Origin: Mobula hypostoma
Lineage: Eukaryota
Assembly (NCBI RefSeq): GCF_963921235.1
Contig: NC_086097.1
Coordinates: 54,872,001 to 54,936,000, forward strand
Length of the DNA: 64,000 nt
Direction: 5' to 3'
Shown here: positions 26,587-38,999 of the stretch, in pieces
How positions within the stretch are numbered: the stretch's first letter is position 1
Layout of the letters: every line of letters starts with the position of its first letter
The notes under the pieces: generated by a model
Database searches by the model: none
Told to the model about the DNA's origin: nothing
What the model saw: only the letters and a program-made list of their open reading frames with translations
Made by a program: the position numbers and the translations under genes

Positions 26587-27720
26587 AGATTCTGTTCTAG
26601 CAGGGTTATAATCAAATATTATTAATCATTGGTTTGATTTCCTTCTTCAATTTATGTGCCCATCCATTCATGCTTCACAGTTTAGAGGCTACATTTTAAA
26701 TATTGCTTTGTTTCCACTGTCCTCCAGCCTAAACTCAATACCGTATATTGCCAGGTTATAGTCTGTGGATCAAATGCTAATTGTATAAGGTGTTGAAAAT
26801 GTTCTACTAGGTAAAAATGGGAATATTAATTTAATAAGTAGCATTAGCCATCGGCGAATACACAGAGATGGGGATGAAATCACCAAAAGATGAGAGTGCA
26901 AACCAGAACAAGTAGTAAGCCAGATATTATAACATTCTCCAAGTGGTCTATATACAATTTAGCTTCAGTCAAAAGATTTTATTGTGAAGTTTATAGTGAT
27001 TTTTTAAAGTCAAATTCTGGTTTGATTACCTGAGGTTGCAGGGTCTTAATATACTGTTGTTCTTTTGTGCTGCTTTTATGCATTATTTCAATTAAATTAG
27101 AAACAAGCTGTTTCACTTATCAATGAACACATTTTATTCTTCAGTGTTTGGAATAGATGGGCCATAACATTTTCCATACCTATATGTACATCCTCTCTTT
27201 ATTCTTAAGGATACTTTTTATATCTCTAACTCTGGTAATCTTTCACACGTAGAGCTTGTTTTCTCTTTTGGGTTACTCAAAGGTTCCCTGATAATTACTA
27301 GCAGCTTTTCTCTTTCTCTTTCCCTCATATTGCCTTTGAAAGGTCCATAGCTCTTTATTTTCCCAATCCAACATGTACTTTGGTCTAAGTTGAATTTGTT
27401 AGCCTATTTATTGTCCAAGTTAAATGACTTGGCTCCCTGTGGAACAATCTGAAGTCTGTGCGATGTGCTCTGAAAGCATATTGTGCAGTGCCTGTAGAAG
27501 AATTGGGATCACTGGCATACTGAATGTCATGAAATTCGTTGTTAACGATTATTAGCTAAGTCCCTTTTTGACTGTAATTTCATGCCTTTACTTTCAAATG
27601 TGAATTTTGATTAACTATTACTGCTAACCATACTTATTAGCCCTATCAAGATCTTATTTTTATATTTTGTCGATCTTTATTTTCTTATATTTATTTTATA
27701 TATTAAAAATATCATTTTAG

Positions 27721-28119
27721 TTGGAAGATGCACTGGGTCCTGATCCTTCAAGTGCTGCCAAATTGAATGCAGGTGCCACAGATCCACAACCAGCACAACC
27801 AGGGCAGCCAGGACCTTGGCCACAGCCGGGACCTTGGCCTGGGCAGCCGGGACAGCCGGGACCTTGGCCTGGGCAGCCGGGACAGCCGGGACCTTGGCCT
27901 GGGCAGCCGGGACAGCCGGGACCTTGGCCTGGGCAGCCGGGACAGCCGGGACCTTGGCCTGGGCAGCCGGGACAGCCGGGACCTTGGCCTGGGCAGCCGG
28001 GACAGCCGGGACCTTGGCCGGGGCAGCCGGGACAGCCTGGACAGCCGGGACCTTGGCCGGGGCAGCCAGGACAGGCGGGACCTTGGCCGGGACAGCCGGG
28101 ACCTGCTGCTGGACCATTG
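27721..28119 (+). CDS. lgals3: Galectin-3 coding exon 3 (Pro/Gly/Gln/Trp N-terminal repeat domain, 133 aa)
   Basis: ATTTTAG acceptor; [10 protein letters not shown]...([10 protein letters not shown])n...PAAGPL; GTAAGT donor at 28120. 399 nt, phase 0/0. Ends in AGPL, like the mammalian exon. Confidence 0.95.
27802..28103 (+). repeat. Coding minisatellite, 30-nt unit GGGCAGCCGGGACAGCCGGGACCTTGGCCT
   Basis: Six consecutive units at 27841-28020 (five identical, the sixth with one substitution), flanked by variant units. Confidence 0.97.
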
Positions 28120-28695
28120 GTAAGTGTTGATCTTGTTTGAAATTAATACATAATACATGCATGTTCAATGATTTCCAGGCCTTATTTTAGGTGTCAACCC
28201 TGTAACTGAACTAAGATTGCATATCTTAAAGGTTTGAAGATTTTGCACTGTTGTAACATTGTGTTGTAAATAGATCAAATTTTGTTCCATGCTATGGTTA
28301 TTTTCAGACATACATTACAATAAACACTTGGCCTTTACAAAAGAAACCACAGATCATCAAAGATATAAGTAGTTGGTTCTCTGATATTAAGTAAATCAAA
28401 GAGCAGTGAAGTAAATGAAAATTGAAAATTAAAAATAAACTGCAAATGCTGGAATTTTGAACTGTAAGCTAAAAAATGGTGTAGGCAATGTTGACAAAGG
28501 CTCCCAAAGTGTAAAGATTGTTTCTCTTTCCAGCTACTGAGTGTCTCCAGCATTTTATATTTTACTTTCAGATAAGGTAAAGTTAGGAAAGGTAGCAAGA
28601 TGGAAAACCTCTATTTTGTGAATATCTTAAATGGAGATGGAGAGGTAGAAAGGATAATTCCAAAATGGAATTCAATATCAAACGCAACAATTTTA

Positions 28696-29616
28696 GGCTA
28701 CATCCACACTAGACCGGATAATTTTGAAAACGCTGGTTTCGAGTAAAAACGACAGGTGTCCACACTAGGCGTTTTTCAAAATATCTCTGTCCACATTAAA
28801 ACGGATATTTGGGTGAATCTACTCCTACCGGGCATGCGCAGATGCATCTACAGAAAACAAGCGAAGGGGAAACGGTATAATATTTACGTTTCTGCGGTAG
28901 CGTTGTGCTATTTCCATTGGTCAAAAACTAGAGTACCAACAATAACAGCGAAAGAAAGTTTTCAACACTGTCTTTGAGGAATACAAAGAAAACCTCCACT
29001 GGAAAACTCAGACCGGACTTACTTGTTTAGACAGACAATGAAGTCGAGCTGTTTCTGCGAGTTACAAATGACTACAAAGTCAGCAAAGCAGTGGAGAACG
29101 TGGAGATGTTTTTAACTCCAAACAAGCTATTAACGTAGACAATAAAGTAAACAATACACGCATGTAGCCGTCCTCTACCCGAGATCAACAAGAGAGTGGA
29201 ATCTTCTGCCGCCAGACCTGCGCAGTATTTCTGACATTAATATTTTTAAAGATAGACTCAATCAAATCAATTTAGGGGATCTAGTCAAAAAAAGCTCACT
29301 TTACAATTTAACTCTCACGCCGTTCACACCGACTGCGCATTATAACAGTTGTCCAGCAGTGCTTGCGCAGTACCAAGCAGAAGCAGAAAAAGCATTGTTG
29401 TTGTGGTGTTGTCATGACAGCGTTTTTAAGTATCTCCGTTTACCCCGTCCACACTACAATGCGCAACAATCGTTTTCAAATTTACACACTCTGGAGAGTG
29501 TTTTAGAAAACCTCCGTTTTCGGGGGATGAAAACGCCATTTCAGTGTGGATGGAGGGTCAAAACGAAGAGAAAAATCTTCGTTTTCAAAATTATCCTGCA
29601 TAGTGTGGACGTAACC
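28696..29616 (+). mobile_element. Non-autonomous PIF/Harbinger DNA transposon
   Basis: TIRs GGCTACATCCACACTA..GGATAATTTTGAAAACG and (reverse complement) GGTTACGTCCACACTA..GGATAATTTTGAAAACG. TTA TSD at 28693-28695 and 29617-29619. Myb/SANT-like remnant (W>*)TDNEVELFLRVTNDYKVSKAVENV at about 29028-29105. Confidence 0.85.
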
Positions 29617-29640
29617 TTAGTTAACTTGTTTAACTGCTCA

Positions 29641-30110
29641 TATAGACATAGACATACTTTATTGATCCCGAGGGAAATTGAGTTTCGTTACAGCAGCACC
29701 AACTAAGAATAGAGCATAAATATAGCAATACAAAAACCACAAACAATCAAACAACAATATGTAAACTATGCCAGATGGAAATAAGTCCAGGACCAGCCTA
29801 TTGGCTCAGGGCGTCTGACCCTCCACGGGAGGAGCTGCAAAGTTCGATGGCCACAGGCAGGAACAACCTCCCATGACGCCCAGTGTTGTATCTCGGTGGA
29901 ATATGGCCAGAGTCCAACAGCAAAAAGTTCAATATCCGGGCTACAAACACGTTCCTCGATCGTAATATGAGCAGGATTGCACCATCCGCTCTTAACCAGA
30001 ACAGCAAGCCCCCCAACTCCTTTACGCTTACCGCTCTCAGTGCACTTCCAGTCAGCCCGAACTGTCTGGAAGCCCTCCATGGAAAAGTTTTGGTCGTGCA
30101 TTAGAATTCC
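29641..30110 (-). mobile_element. Rex1/Babar-type LINE remnant, internally deleted (endonuclease piece fused to 3' end)
   Basis: ORF 29766-30101 has GFQTVRADW..ESGKRKG.GGLAVLV..WC (endonuclease) joined to a PRYNTGRHGRLFLPVAI 3' end like that at 37440-38118. Confidence 0.7.
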
Positions 30111-32170
30111 GCTATAAAATTATCTAGTTGTAATATTAAAGGTTCATTTATTATTGAAGCATATCCCTATATGACTTCAAAATTTGTCTTCTCCAGATAG
30201 CCACAAAATAAAGAACATGAAATTAATTCAGAGAGAAACATCAAACCCCCCCCACTGTACAAAAAAGGAACAGCGTTACGATCGTCAACCACCCCCCCCC
30301 ACCCAAAATGGAACAGGAACATCGACCGCCCAAAAAGCAACCCCTCCCCCACATAAAGCTAGCAGAACATCAAATCCCCAAACACACTCTCCTCGCACAA
30401 CAAAACAGAAAAGGAATGAGCGATTTTATAAAAAAACGTAAGTCTGAAGAAGTCCACAGTCCATAAACGCAATCGTCCAATCTGTAAACGTAGAATCAGG
30501 ATGCCACAGTGAGCCACACAGCAAAAGGCCACTCACAGACTCCTTCACTGGCAATGATCAGAAGGCAGGCAGTTGGCATGAAACTCACGCTCATCCTCTG
30601 CATTTGCCTCGATGTTTCAATCGGCCTCGACGCTTTAATTGGCAATTAATGGACCCTTTAAATGGCAAAAAGGAGCTGAGCGTTGCTCGCACCCCGATTT
30701 GAAGTCTCTTTGCATTGAGGCCAAGCATGTGCTTGCATCCCGGAATCTTCTTGGAGACAGTAAGGCACTGGATCACCCAACCGATCTCCAAACAGTAAAT
30801 CACAGGCACTAAGAGTTCCAGAAACACATTTAAGGTGAAAAATGGAGGAAAAGAAGCAAAAAAGATATTTTTGTTTGCTATCTAAAAGATGTTGACCTAG
30901 AGAGTGTTGTACACTGGTGCCAGCTTGACCGTGGTGTTAACCAGCATCATCTTGATCGGTAGAACATTAACTCAGGATTTCTTCATCCGTGGATATGGCT
31001 AAGTACTTAAAACACCTTCCTTTTGATTTCAGGTTCTGCAAGAGCTCTGACCTTCATTTCACATCTTTACTTGTCTCTGTTTTCTCTCTTCCTCTTTTCT
31101 AACTGCCCATTTGTTCTTTTAACTAGATGGTTCTGTAAACATTGGTGCCACCCTGAGCACATCCCATCAGAAGTATTCTCTTTGCCCTCTACTTCCCTCC
31201 ACATAAACCAAACTTGTTTTTGATTTTGTAGTCATGAGAGAAGAGTCTCTGATCTGAACTTGCTAAGTGTTTTCAGCATTTTTGGTTTTCAGATTTTTGG
31301 CATCCACAGTTTTTGATTTTTCATTTACATATGAAAATGGAAGGGCATCACAGCATAGTCAGAAAGGGAGCTTATATAAGCAAAATTTGAATAGGTGAAT
31401 GCATTCAAATTAGAGAAAATTTGTAGATTTGGAGTCTCTACTAGTTCACCGATGTGAAGAAAATAGAAAAAGTTGTAGATTCTGGAAATCAGAAACAAAA
31501 ACAAAGCAGAAATGATCAGAAACACTCAAAAGGTGAGGCAGTATCTTCTCAAACAGTTCCTGCTCATAATCTAACTTCTGTAGAGCGACAGGAATCTGTA
31601 AATTTTGCTGATGGTATAAAGTTAATAATTTTGAAAAAGTATTAATGGATTGTGGACTTGTAAAGTTTAAACAAATGTTAGCCTAAAGTTTGAAACATAG
31701 AAAGCCTACAGCACAATACAGGCCCTTTGGCTCACAAAGCTGTGCCAAACATGTACTTTAGAAATTACCTAGGGTTACCCATAGCCCTCTGTTTTTCTAA
31801 GCTCCATGACCCTATCCAGGAGTCTCTTAAAAGACCCTATCGTATTTGCTACGATCTTATTGATTAAATGGGGATAAGTTCAGGCTCAAATAAAAACAAA
31901 TTCCCCTAAAACACAAGTGGAGTTAGATAAAAATCATAAGCAAATTTAATTTTAGGTTTACGATAGTCCAAAGAGGATGGCCCAACAATCCTCTACAGAT
32001 TTGCCATGTGCTGCTCTATCACCTCACTTCACACTGCCCTTTTATCCCCAGGCTCACACTGGCCGTCTCCAAGTAAGGAAACGGAGGAACCAGATTTTAT
32101 TTGGTATTTATATCTCAGGGTTCAACAACTTTCTCTCTGCAGTAACTAGGTGTTAAGCAAGTATCCCTTT

Positions 32171-32271
32171 CAACACATGCAAAATGCTGGAGGAACTCAG
32201 CAGGCCAGGTAGCATCTATGGAAAAGAGTAAACAGTTGACGTTTCAGGCCGAGTATGCCCTTCATCAGGAT
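32171..32271 (-). mobile_element. Short Penelope-type terminal fragment with a hammerhead-like core
   Basis: Reverse complement reads CTGATGA-AGG-GCATACTCGG-CCT-GAAAC-GTC, followed by the same GATGCT.CCTGGCCTGCTG tail as other copies. Helix I is weak. Confidence 0.7.
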
Positions 32272-33379
32272 CCCCTTTGACAGTCTTGAAATATCCCCTT
32301 GTCAGCCAGTGATCTGGGCGAAGGCTTTGCCAGTTATAAAAGCAAAATGATTTTATAAAAACATTTTTCAATATTCAGTGACATTTAAAATCTATTGAAA
32401 TTGAAGTGATTTTTTTTGAAAAGTCATTTTGTTGAAGTCTAAAACACTGATATTTCTGACGTTTTCAATTATTTAAAAAAGTTACTGTAAGCTTTGGTTT
32501 TTTGGAAGTAGACAGGATCTGGAGATTTGTCCAGGGACAGGATTTGAAAGTGATTCTCCAGCTTGCTACAGGGGGAGGACAGCAAGAGATGCTCGTCACT
32601 GGAATGTTCACCCCAGCCAGACTTGATGGGTAGAAGAATGATTTGGTGCTTTAAAGAAATTCTGAGCCAGTGTGGTCATGTCCACACAGGGTTCTGGGTC
32701 CTGTCAAACAATAGGACTGAAGAGTTTGTTCAATTGGTAGCATGCAAGATTGGACCCATAAGCCACTTGAGAGCCCATAAATAGATCACAGAACGAAGAC
32801 CATCATCCTCGACCTCGAGGGATAGCCACGACTACGAGCACGCTATTTGAACCAGGAAGTAATTAACATTAGTTAATAATTGAAATTTAGGTCAAATTGC
32901 ATACAGGAAAATAAATGCAAAGGGAAAAAAAAGGACAAATAGAATTTACACTTTTTAATCGAAAAGCATTTTTATCTCCAGCTACAGCTAAGATCTGACT
33001 GAATAAATTCCACAATTAGAGTTGGTTTTCAGTTTCAGAATGATTTTTGACTGTAATTAAGACTTATGTTGCCTCTTAAATATTTGTTTACAATGAAATG
33101 AGTAAGATTTTTTTCGACCTGGTTGGTATATATTACACAAATACAACAATCAGGCATCTTACTATGCATGTTAGGACAGTCTCTCTCAGGCTTACAGCCT
33201 TGCAAACCTGGTGTTTTGCCTACCATAGGGAAAAGGCAATTTAGTATGTTTCTCATCACTATTCTAGTAAAATCTATCATTATGAATGAAAAATATACAT
33301 GTGGATCCACTCAGGATGAAAATAATGGACTAGAACATGCTCTTAACTGGGAAAACTGTTGACAAACAGTAACGTGATC

Positions 33380-35100
33380 AATGGCATGTTTCTGAGCTTC
33401 CACTCTATAGCAACGTAGTCAGAATAATGCTGGAGGTGGATGTTAGTGGAACAGTCGTGCCTTGCTCTTGTTCTCCTGACCTGGAACATTTAATGATTAA
33501 GTGCAAACCTTTCTACTTACGGAGGAAGTTTTGTGCCATGATCCTGACTGTAGCTTACATACTGCCAAAAGAAGATGCCAAGCAGGCACTTGTATATTGA
33601 GTGCCATGATTAACAAATGAGAAATGGCCTACCCTGACACCTTTCGCACTATTGCTAAGGACTTAAATCAGGCTAACTTGAAAAAAAATCTCCGCTCATC
33701 ACATCACCTGCAGCACTAGAGGACCCAACACACTCGATCACCGCTACACTACCATAAAGAAGACCTACTGTTCCATCCTTTGACTGCATTTCAGGAAATC
33801 TGACTATCTGGCTGCCCTCCTACCTGCACTTAGGTAGACACTAAGGAGCAGGATGCCAGAGTCAGGACAGCAAAATGGTGCTCATGGGGGGACTGCTTCA
33901 AGTCGGTGGACTGGACCATGTTTGTGAACTCACAGAGGACCTGAATGAATACACCACTATTGTCATGACCTTTTAAAAGACACTGATAGATGAGTGTGTC
34001 TCCAGAAAGTCATTTAGTCTTCTTCAACCAGAAATTCTGGATGTACCAAGAGATTCAACATTGCTGGAAGCTAGATCAGTGGAATTCAAGATTGGTGATC
34101 CAGGAAAATATAAGCAGTCCAGCTATGACCTCTGGAAAGTCACCTCACATGCAAAGTGGCAATTCCAGACTAACTGACGACAGTTGACCAAATTCAAGGT
34201 GGTGACAAATTGGCATATGGGGGGAAACTGAAAATCTAACTGAATGGTGCCACAGAAACAACCTCTCACTCAATGTCAACAAAACTAAACAGCTGATTAT
34301 TGACTATAGGAAGAAGAAGGTGTAGGTCCATAAGCCAGTCCTCATAAGGGGATCGGAGGTAGAGAGAGTCGGTAACTTTAAATTCCTTGGTGTTACCATA
34401 TCAGAGGATCTGTCCTGAACCAGCACATAAGTATATCACAAAAACACACAACAGCATCTCTACTTTCTTAGACTTTGTGTAGATTTGGCACATCACCTAA
34501 AACTTTGACAAACTTCTATAGATGCACAGTGGAGAGTATCCTAACTGGTATCATCATGGCCTGGTATAGAAACACCAATGTCCAGGGATGAGAAAGTTTT
34601 CAGAAAGTGGTGGACACAGCCCAATATATACAGACAAAACTCCCTGCCATTGTGCACATTTACATGGAGTGCTACCATAAGAAAGCAGCATCCATCATCT
34701 AGGACCCCCTCCCCACCATCCAGGCCATGCTCTCTTCTCGCTACTACCATCAGGCATGAGATACAGGAGCCTTGGGTCACACACCAGTAGGTTCAGAAAC
34801 AGTCTTTACTCTACAACCATCATGCTCCTGAACTGGTATGGATAACTTCACTCATCACAACTCTGAATTGATGACACAACCTACAGACTAACTATCAAGG
34901 ATGCTACAACTCGTATTCTCAGTATTATTTACTGCACCGTTTGTTTCCTCTCACACTTTGGCTGTTTGTGTCTTTGGTTATGTATAGATTTTTTATAAAT
35001 TTATTGCAATTCTTTCTATTCCTATAAATACCTGCAAGAAAATGAATCTCAAGGTAGGTTATGGTAATATATTTGTACTTTCATTAAAAAAATACTTTGA
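33380..35100 (+). mobile_element. Degenerate Rex1/Babar-type LINE (endonuclease remnants plus 3' end)
   Basis: Remnants CSPDLEHLMIKCKPFYLRRKF, NLSLNVNKTKQLIIDYR and NFYRCTVESILTG. Confidence 0.75.
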
Positions 35101-35805
35101 CTGGCCCCTTGCTCCATCCTTGACCTTACTAAGAGATAAGAGGTGTTATGTAAGTTACTGAGCAAAAGGACGAGATACATTTTATATGTCGCCTCTCAGC
35201 TTTATGCCAGTCATACCTGGCAAATCTAGCAAAGTTTTTAAATAACAGCAATTAAATGTTTTTCTAAATTATTTTGATTTTAGATATTTTTGAGTGTATC
35301 ATATTTTTGGACTTTGTTAATTCTTTGACTGGAGACATTGGGAAACAACTGCGAGACCTAGATGAGAGCACTGTGTGTGGAAGGCCTTCAGCTGATACGT
35401 GGTTGGGGCCTTACTTTCCATTGCTTGTATCCTAGTCATTACCTATGGACTGCTCCACTGAAATGACTGAAGAAGCAACACTGCTAAGTTTGCAGAACTA
35501 AAAGTAATGCAACGCTGGGACTAGCATTTGCAGCGACTAACTTCGAGCAGGATCGATCAACGTTTTTAAGGAGTGGGATTATTTTCATTAAGTTTCCTGT
35601 GGCTTAGAAGTATAAAATTTAAATGAGAAGCCAATTTGAGAAAGCTTTAAAAATCGTTTATTTTTCCCTTCCTAAACCTTTGCTGAAGTATAAATGAGGT
35701 CATTTTAGCATCTTGAAACTACTTATCATTCAGAATTATTTCACTGGAGGTGTGTATATCTTTTACTTCATATTCTTAGATTTTATTTTTACTTGGCACT
35801 TACAG

Positions 35806-35894
35806 ACACTACCTTTTGAAATTCCTACTCAAGGAGGTTGGATTCCAATGAAATTGCTGACAGTTGAGGGAACTATCAATATGAATATTGACAA
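35806..35894 (+). CDS. lgals3: Galectin-3 coding exon 4 (CRD start)
   Basis: CACTTACAG acceptor; TLPFEIPTQGGWIPMKLLTVEGTINMNID(K); GTAAGT donor at 35895. 89 nt, phase 0/2. Aligns to [30 protein letters not shown]. Confidence 0.93.
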
Positions 35895-36067
35895 GTAAGT
35901 TTTGGTGTTTTACCATGTTTCAAAACGTATTTAATATATGACATGATGTTTTCAACTTCTGTATGGATATTGATCAGTTGTTTGCTGTTCATTGGGACAA
36001 ACACCACTATATGCACCTCGCTCAAACATGTGGCTCATCCCATTTCTACAGTATTTCTCAGCCTCTG

Positions 36068-36440
36068 AAACTGGTAGAAGGCCTTGACAGAGTGGGTGTG
36101 GAGAGGATGTTTCCTGTGGCGGGAGAGTCTAAGACCAGAGGATGCAGCCTCAGAGTAGAGGGGCATCCTTTTAGAACAGAGATGAGATGGAATTTCTTCA
36201 GCCAGAGAGTGGCAAATCTGTGGAATTTTTTGCCACAGGCGGCTGTGGAGGCCAGGTCTTTATGCGTGTTTAAGGCAGAGGTTGATGGATTCTTGATTGG
36301 TCTGGGCATGAAGGGATACAGGGAGAAGGCAGGAGATTGGGGCTGAGAGGAAAATTGGATCAGCGAAGATGAAATGGAGGAGCAGACTTGATGGGTCAAA
36401 TGGCCGTATTCTGCTCCAGTCTCTTATGCTGTTACATACT
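36068..36440 (+). mobile_element. CR1 LINE 3' end
   Basis: GLDRVGVERMFP..GESKTRGCSLRVEGHPFRTEMRWNFFSQRVANLWN, plus a 3' UTR similar to 12760-13100. Confidence 0.85.
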
Positions 36441-37435
36441 TGATGAGATTAACTCTGCCACATGTCACCAACAGAGAACAATTCAACCTTTGTGTGTTTC
36501 CTTACTGTTTGGTCGAATGGTTAGTCCAATTAATCTCTTTCACACCCTGAAAGTAATGGGAAGCTGTTATCTTCATTTTGATAGTAATGTCTAGAAGCCA
36601 ATGCATTGCTACTTCTCTTCCTTCTGCTACCTCCAATGCCAGATGCACCTCTCAAATGCATTGACTGGTCCCTTCACTTCTCGTTCAGATCAGTGAATTA
36701 AGTATATGGGAAATAACACAAACGAGGCCATGATTGTACTGCATGGTAGGACGTGCTCGAGGGGCTGAGTGGTCCATGCTTGCTCCTGTGTTGGGGTCCA
36801 CTACAAATCCAATGAAGCTACCACCCACTTCATTAACATCTGCACAAAGGGAAAGCTTTTCTTGTGTTTAAAATGAGTTGTAATTTTGAAGAAGCTGGCT
36901 TATTTCTGGCCCTTACATTTAGCTGTGCTTCTTCTTTAAAATTCTTTTCAAAGATCCAACTTCAAAGTCGTCTACAGTAACTTTCTGATCAGTTCTCTTC
37001 ACTGCTGAGAACTTGCAGCTCATTCATCTCCCATTGTTCTATGATTCACTGTTGCTATGTCATTTCACCTACTGCAAGGAATGGTGGTATCTGAGTGCGA
37101 GTGACTAAAAAGAGTGATACTGAGTTCTGGCCCAGAGAAATGAGAGAGAATTCACCTACCAGAAACTCAAATATAACATAAAAGACATAAAAATTAGGAG
37201 CAAGATAGGCAATCCAGTTCTTTTAATATTGGCTTACTGTTCATCATGAGTAATTTTCTACCCCAGTGCCATTTTCTGCATTAAACCCTAACCTTTGACT
37301 CCTTTAAATATTTTGCAATCTATTTACATCTGATTTGAATGAATTCAATAACTGAGCAGTCCTCCAAGGCAGAGAATTTTCTAGATTCATCACTTCGGAG
37401 TGAAACGGTTTCTCCTCCTTCTCAGGCTTTGATTA

Positions 37436-38118
37436 GTCATAGTCATAGTTGTAGTCATACTTTATTAATCCCGGGGGAAATTGGTTTTCGTTACAGTTGC
37501 TCCATAAATAATAAATAGTAATAAAACCCTAAATAGTTAAATAGTAATATGTAAATTATGCCAGGAAATAAGTCGAGGACCAGCCTATTGGCTCAGAGAG
37601 TCTGACCCTCCAAGGGAGGAGTTGTAAAGTTTGATGGCCGCAGGCAGGAATGACTTCCTATGACGCTCTGTGTTGCATCTCGGTGGAATGAGTCTCTGGC
37701 TGAATGTACTCCTGTACCCAACCAGTACATGTAGTGGATGGGAGACATTGACCAAGATGGCATGCAACTTAGATAGCATCCTCTTTTCAGACACCACTGT
37801 GAGAGAGTACAGTTCCATCCCCACAACATCACTGGCCTTACGAATGAGTTTGTTGATTCTGTTGATGTCTGCTACCCTCAGCCTGCTGCCCCAGCACACA
37901 ACAGCAAACATGATAGCACTGGCCACCACAGACTCGTAGAACATCCTCAGCATCGTCCGGCAGATGTTAAAGGACCTCAGTCTCAGGAAATAGAGACGGC
38001 TCTGACCCTTCTTGTAGACAGCCTCAGTGTTCTTTGACCAGTCCAGTTTATTGTCAATTCGTATCCCCAGGTATTTGTAATCCTCCATCATGTCCACCCT
38101 GACCCCCTGGATGGAAAC
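37436..38118 (-). mobile_element. Relatively young Rex1/Babar-type LINE 3' fragment
   Basis: 170-aa ORF 37585-38097 (YKYLGIRIDNKLDW...KGQSRLYFLR...FYESVVASAI). (TGACTA)n-like tail at 37435-37460. Confidence 0.85.
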
Positions 38119-38383
38119 ATCGACTACTTATTTTGAGTTTATGACCCTAGTTTGAGACACCTTGAATGGGAGAAACACCATGAGCCTCCATACTGTGCCT
38201 TGTCAAAATCTCTATAATTATCAAAGAAGACAAGTTCCATCTATGCCTACTTCTACAGTGGGTTTGCAGAAAGGGAAGCTACGAGCTTAGAAAAAGGGAG
38301 TATTTCCTTCTTGGAACATGACATTCAATGTAGGTTAGAGCCTTGTGCCTCTGTGCTCCTTCCTACTAGTGAATTAGTGGAGA

Positions 38384-38435
38384 TGTTCGGCTGAGCCATT
38401 TCGTGTAGGTGTTCGGCTGAGCCATTTCGTGTAGG
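38384..38435. repeat. Exact 26-bp tandem duplication
   Basis: TGTTCGGCTGAGCCATTTCGTGTAGG occurs twice in tandem. Confidence 0.95.
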
Positions 38436-38999
38436 AAGAGCAGAAATGGAACAGGTTCATGATGTTCTCTCTTCCCAGAACAGTAACCAAGAAATCCAGC
38501 TTTGTCTAACTTTTGTTTCTTATAATACCCAATAAGGGTTAGGTCAACAATGGTGGTTGAAATTTATGCAGCACAACTACAGGGCCAGTACATGGAACGT
38601 GTGGGTTGTCTTCTGCAGAAAGATAGGACTGGCCAAGCTTGTCTTCCATGGAGTTTAAAAGACTGAGAGGAGTTTGATTCCTGAGGGATCTTGGCACGAT
38701 AGATATTTATACAAGGAGTCAGTTCCTTGTAGGAAAATGTAGAATGAAGCATCCCTGGTTGAAAGGGATCACTCATTTAAGACAGAAAAGAAGGGATTTT
38801 TTGCCCCTTAGGGGGTCATCAATGTTCTTCCTCAAAAGACTGTGAAAGAAGTCTGAATGACATTAAGGCAGACTCTTGATTAGCAGCAGTTGAAAGGTTA
38901 GCAGGAGTAGAGTTATACAGCACAGGAGCAGGCCATTCAGTTGACTGTCTCTCTACTGACAATTATGCCAATCTATTGTAATTCCGCATGCCTGCAATA

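Noticed and set aside
27802..28103. Regular 30-bp repeats as a possible CRISPR array
   Set aside because: The units are head-to-tail with no unique spacers, there are no cas genes, and the repeat is a eukaryotic coding exon.
27677..28168. Minus-strand repetitive ORFs ([10 protein letters not shown])n and ([10 protein letters not shown])n, and plus-strand ([10 protein letters not shown])n, resembling antifreeze or RS proteins
   Set aside because: These are shadow frames of the stop-free 30-nt repeat. Only the [10 protein letters not shown] frame has matching splice sites and joins the galectin CRD.
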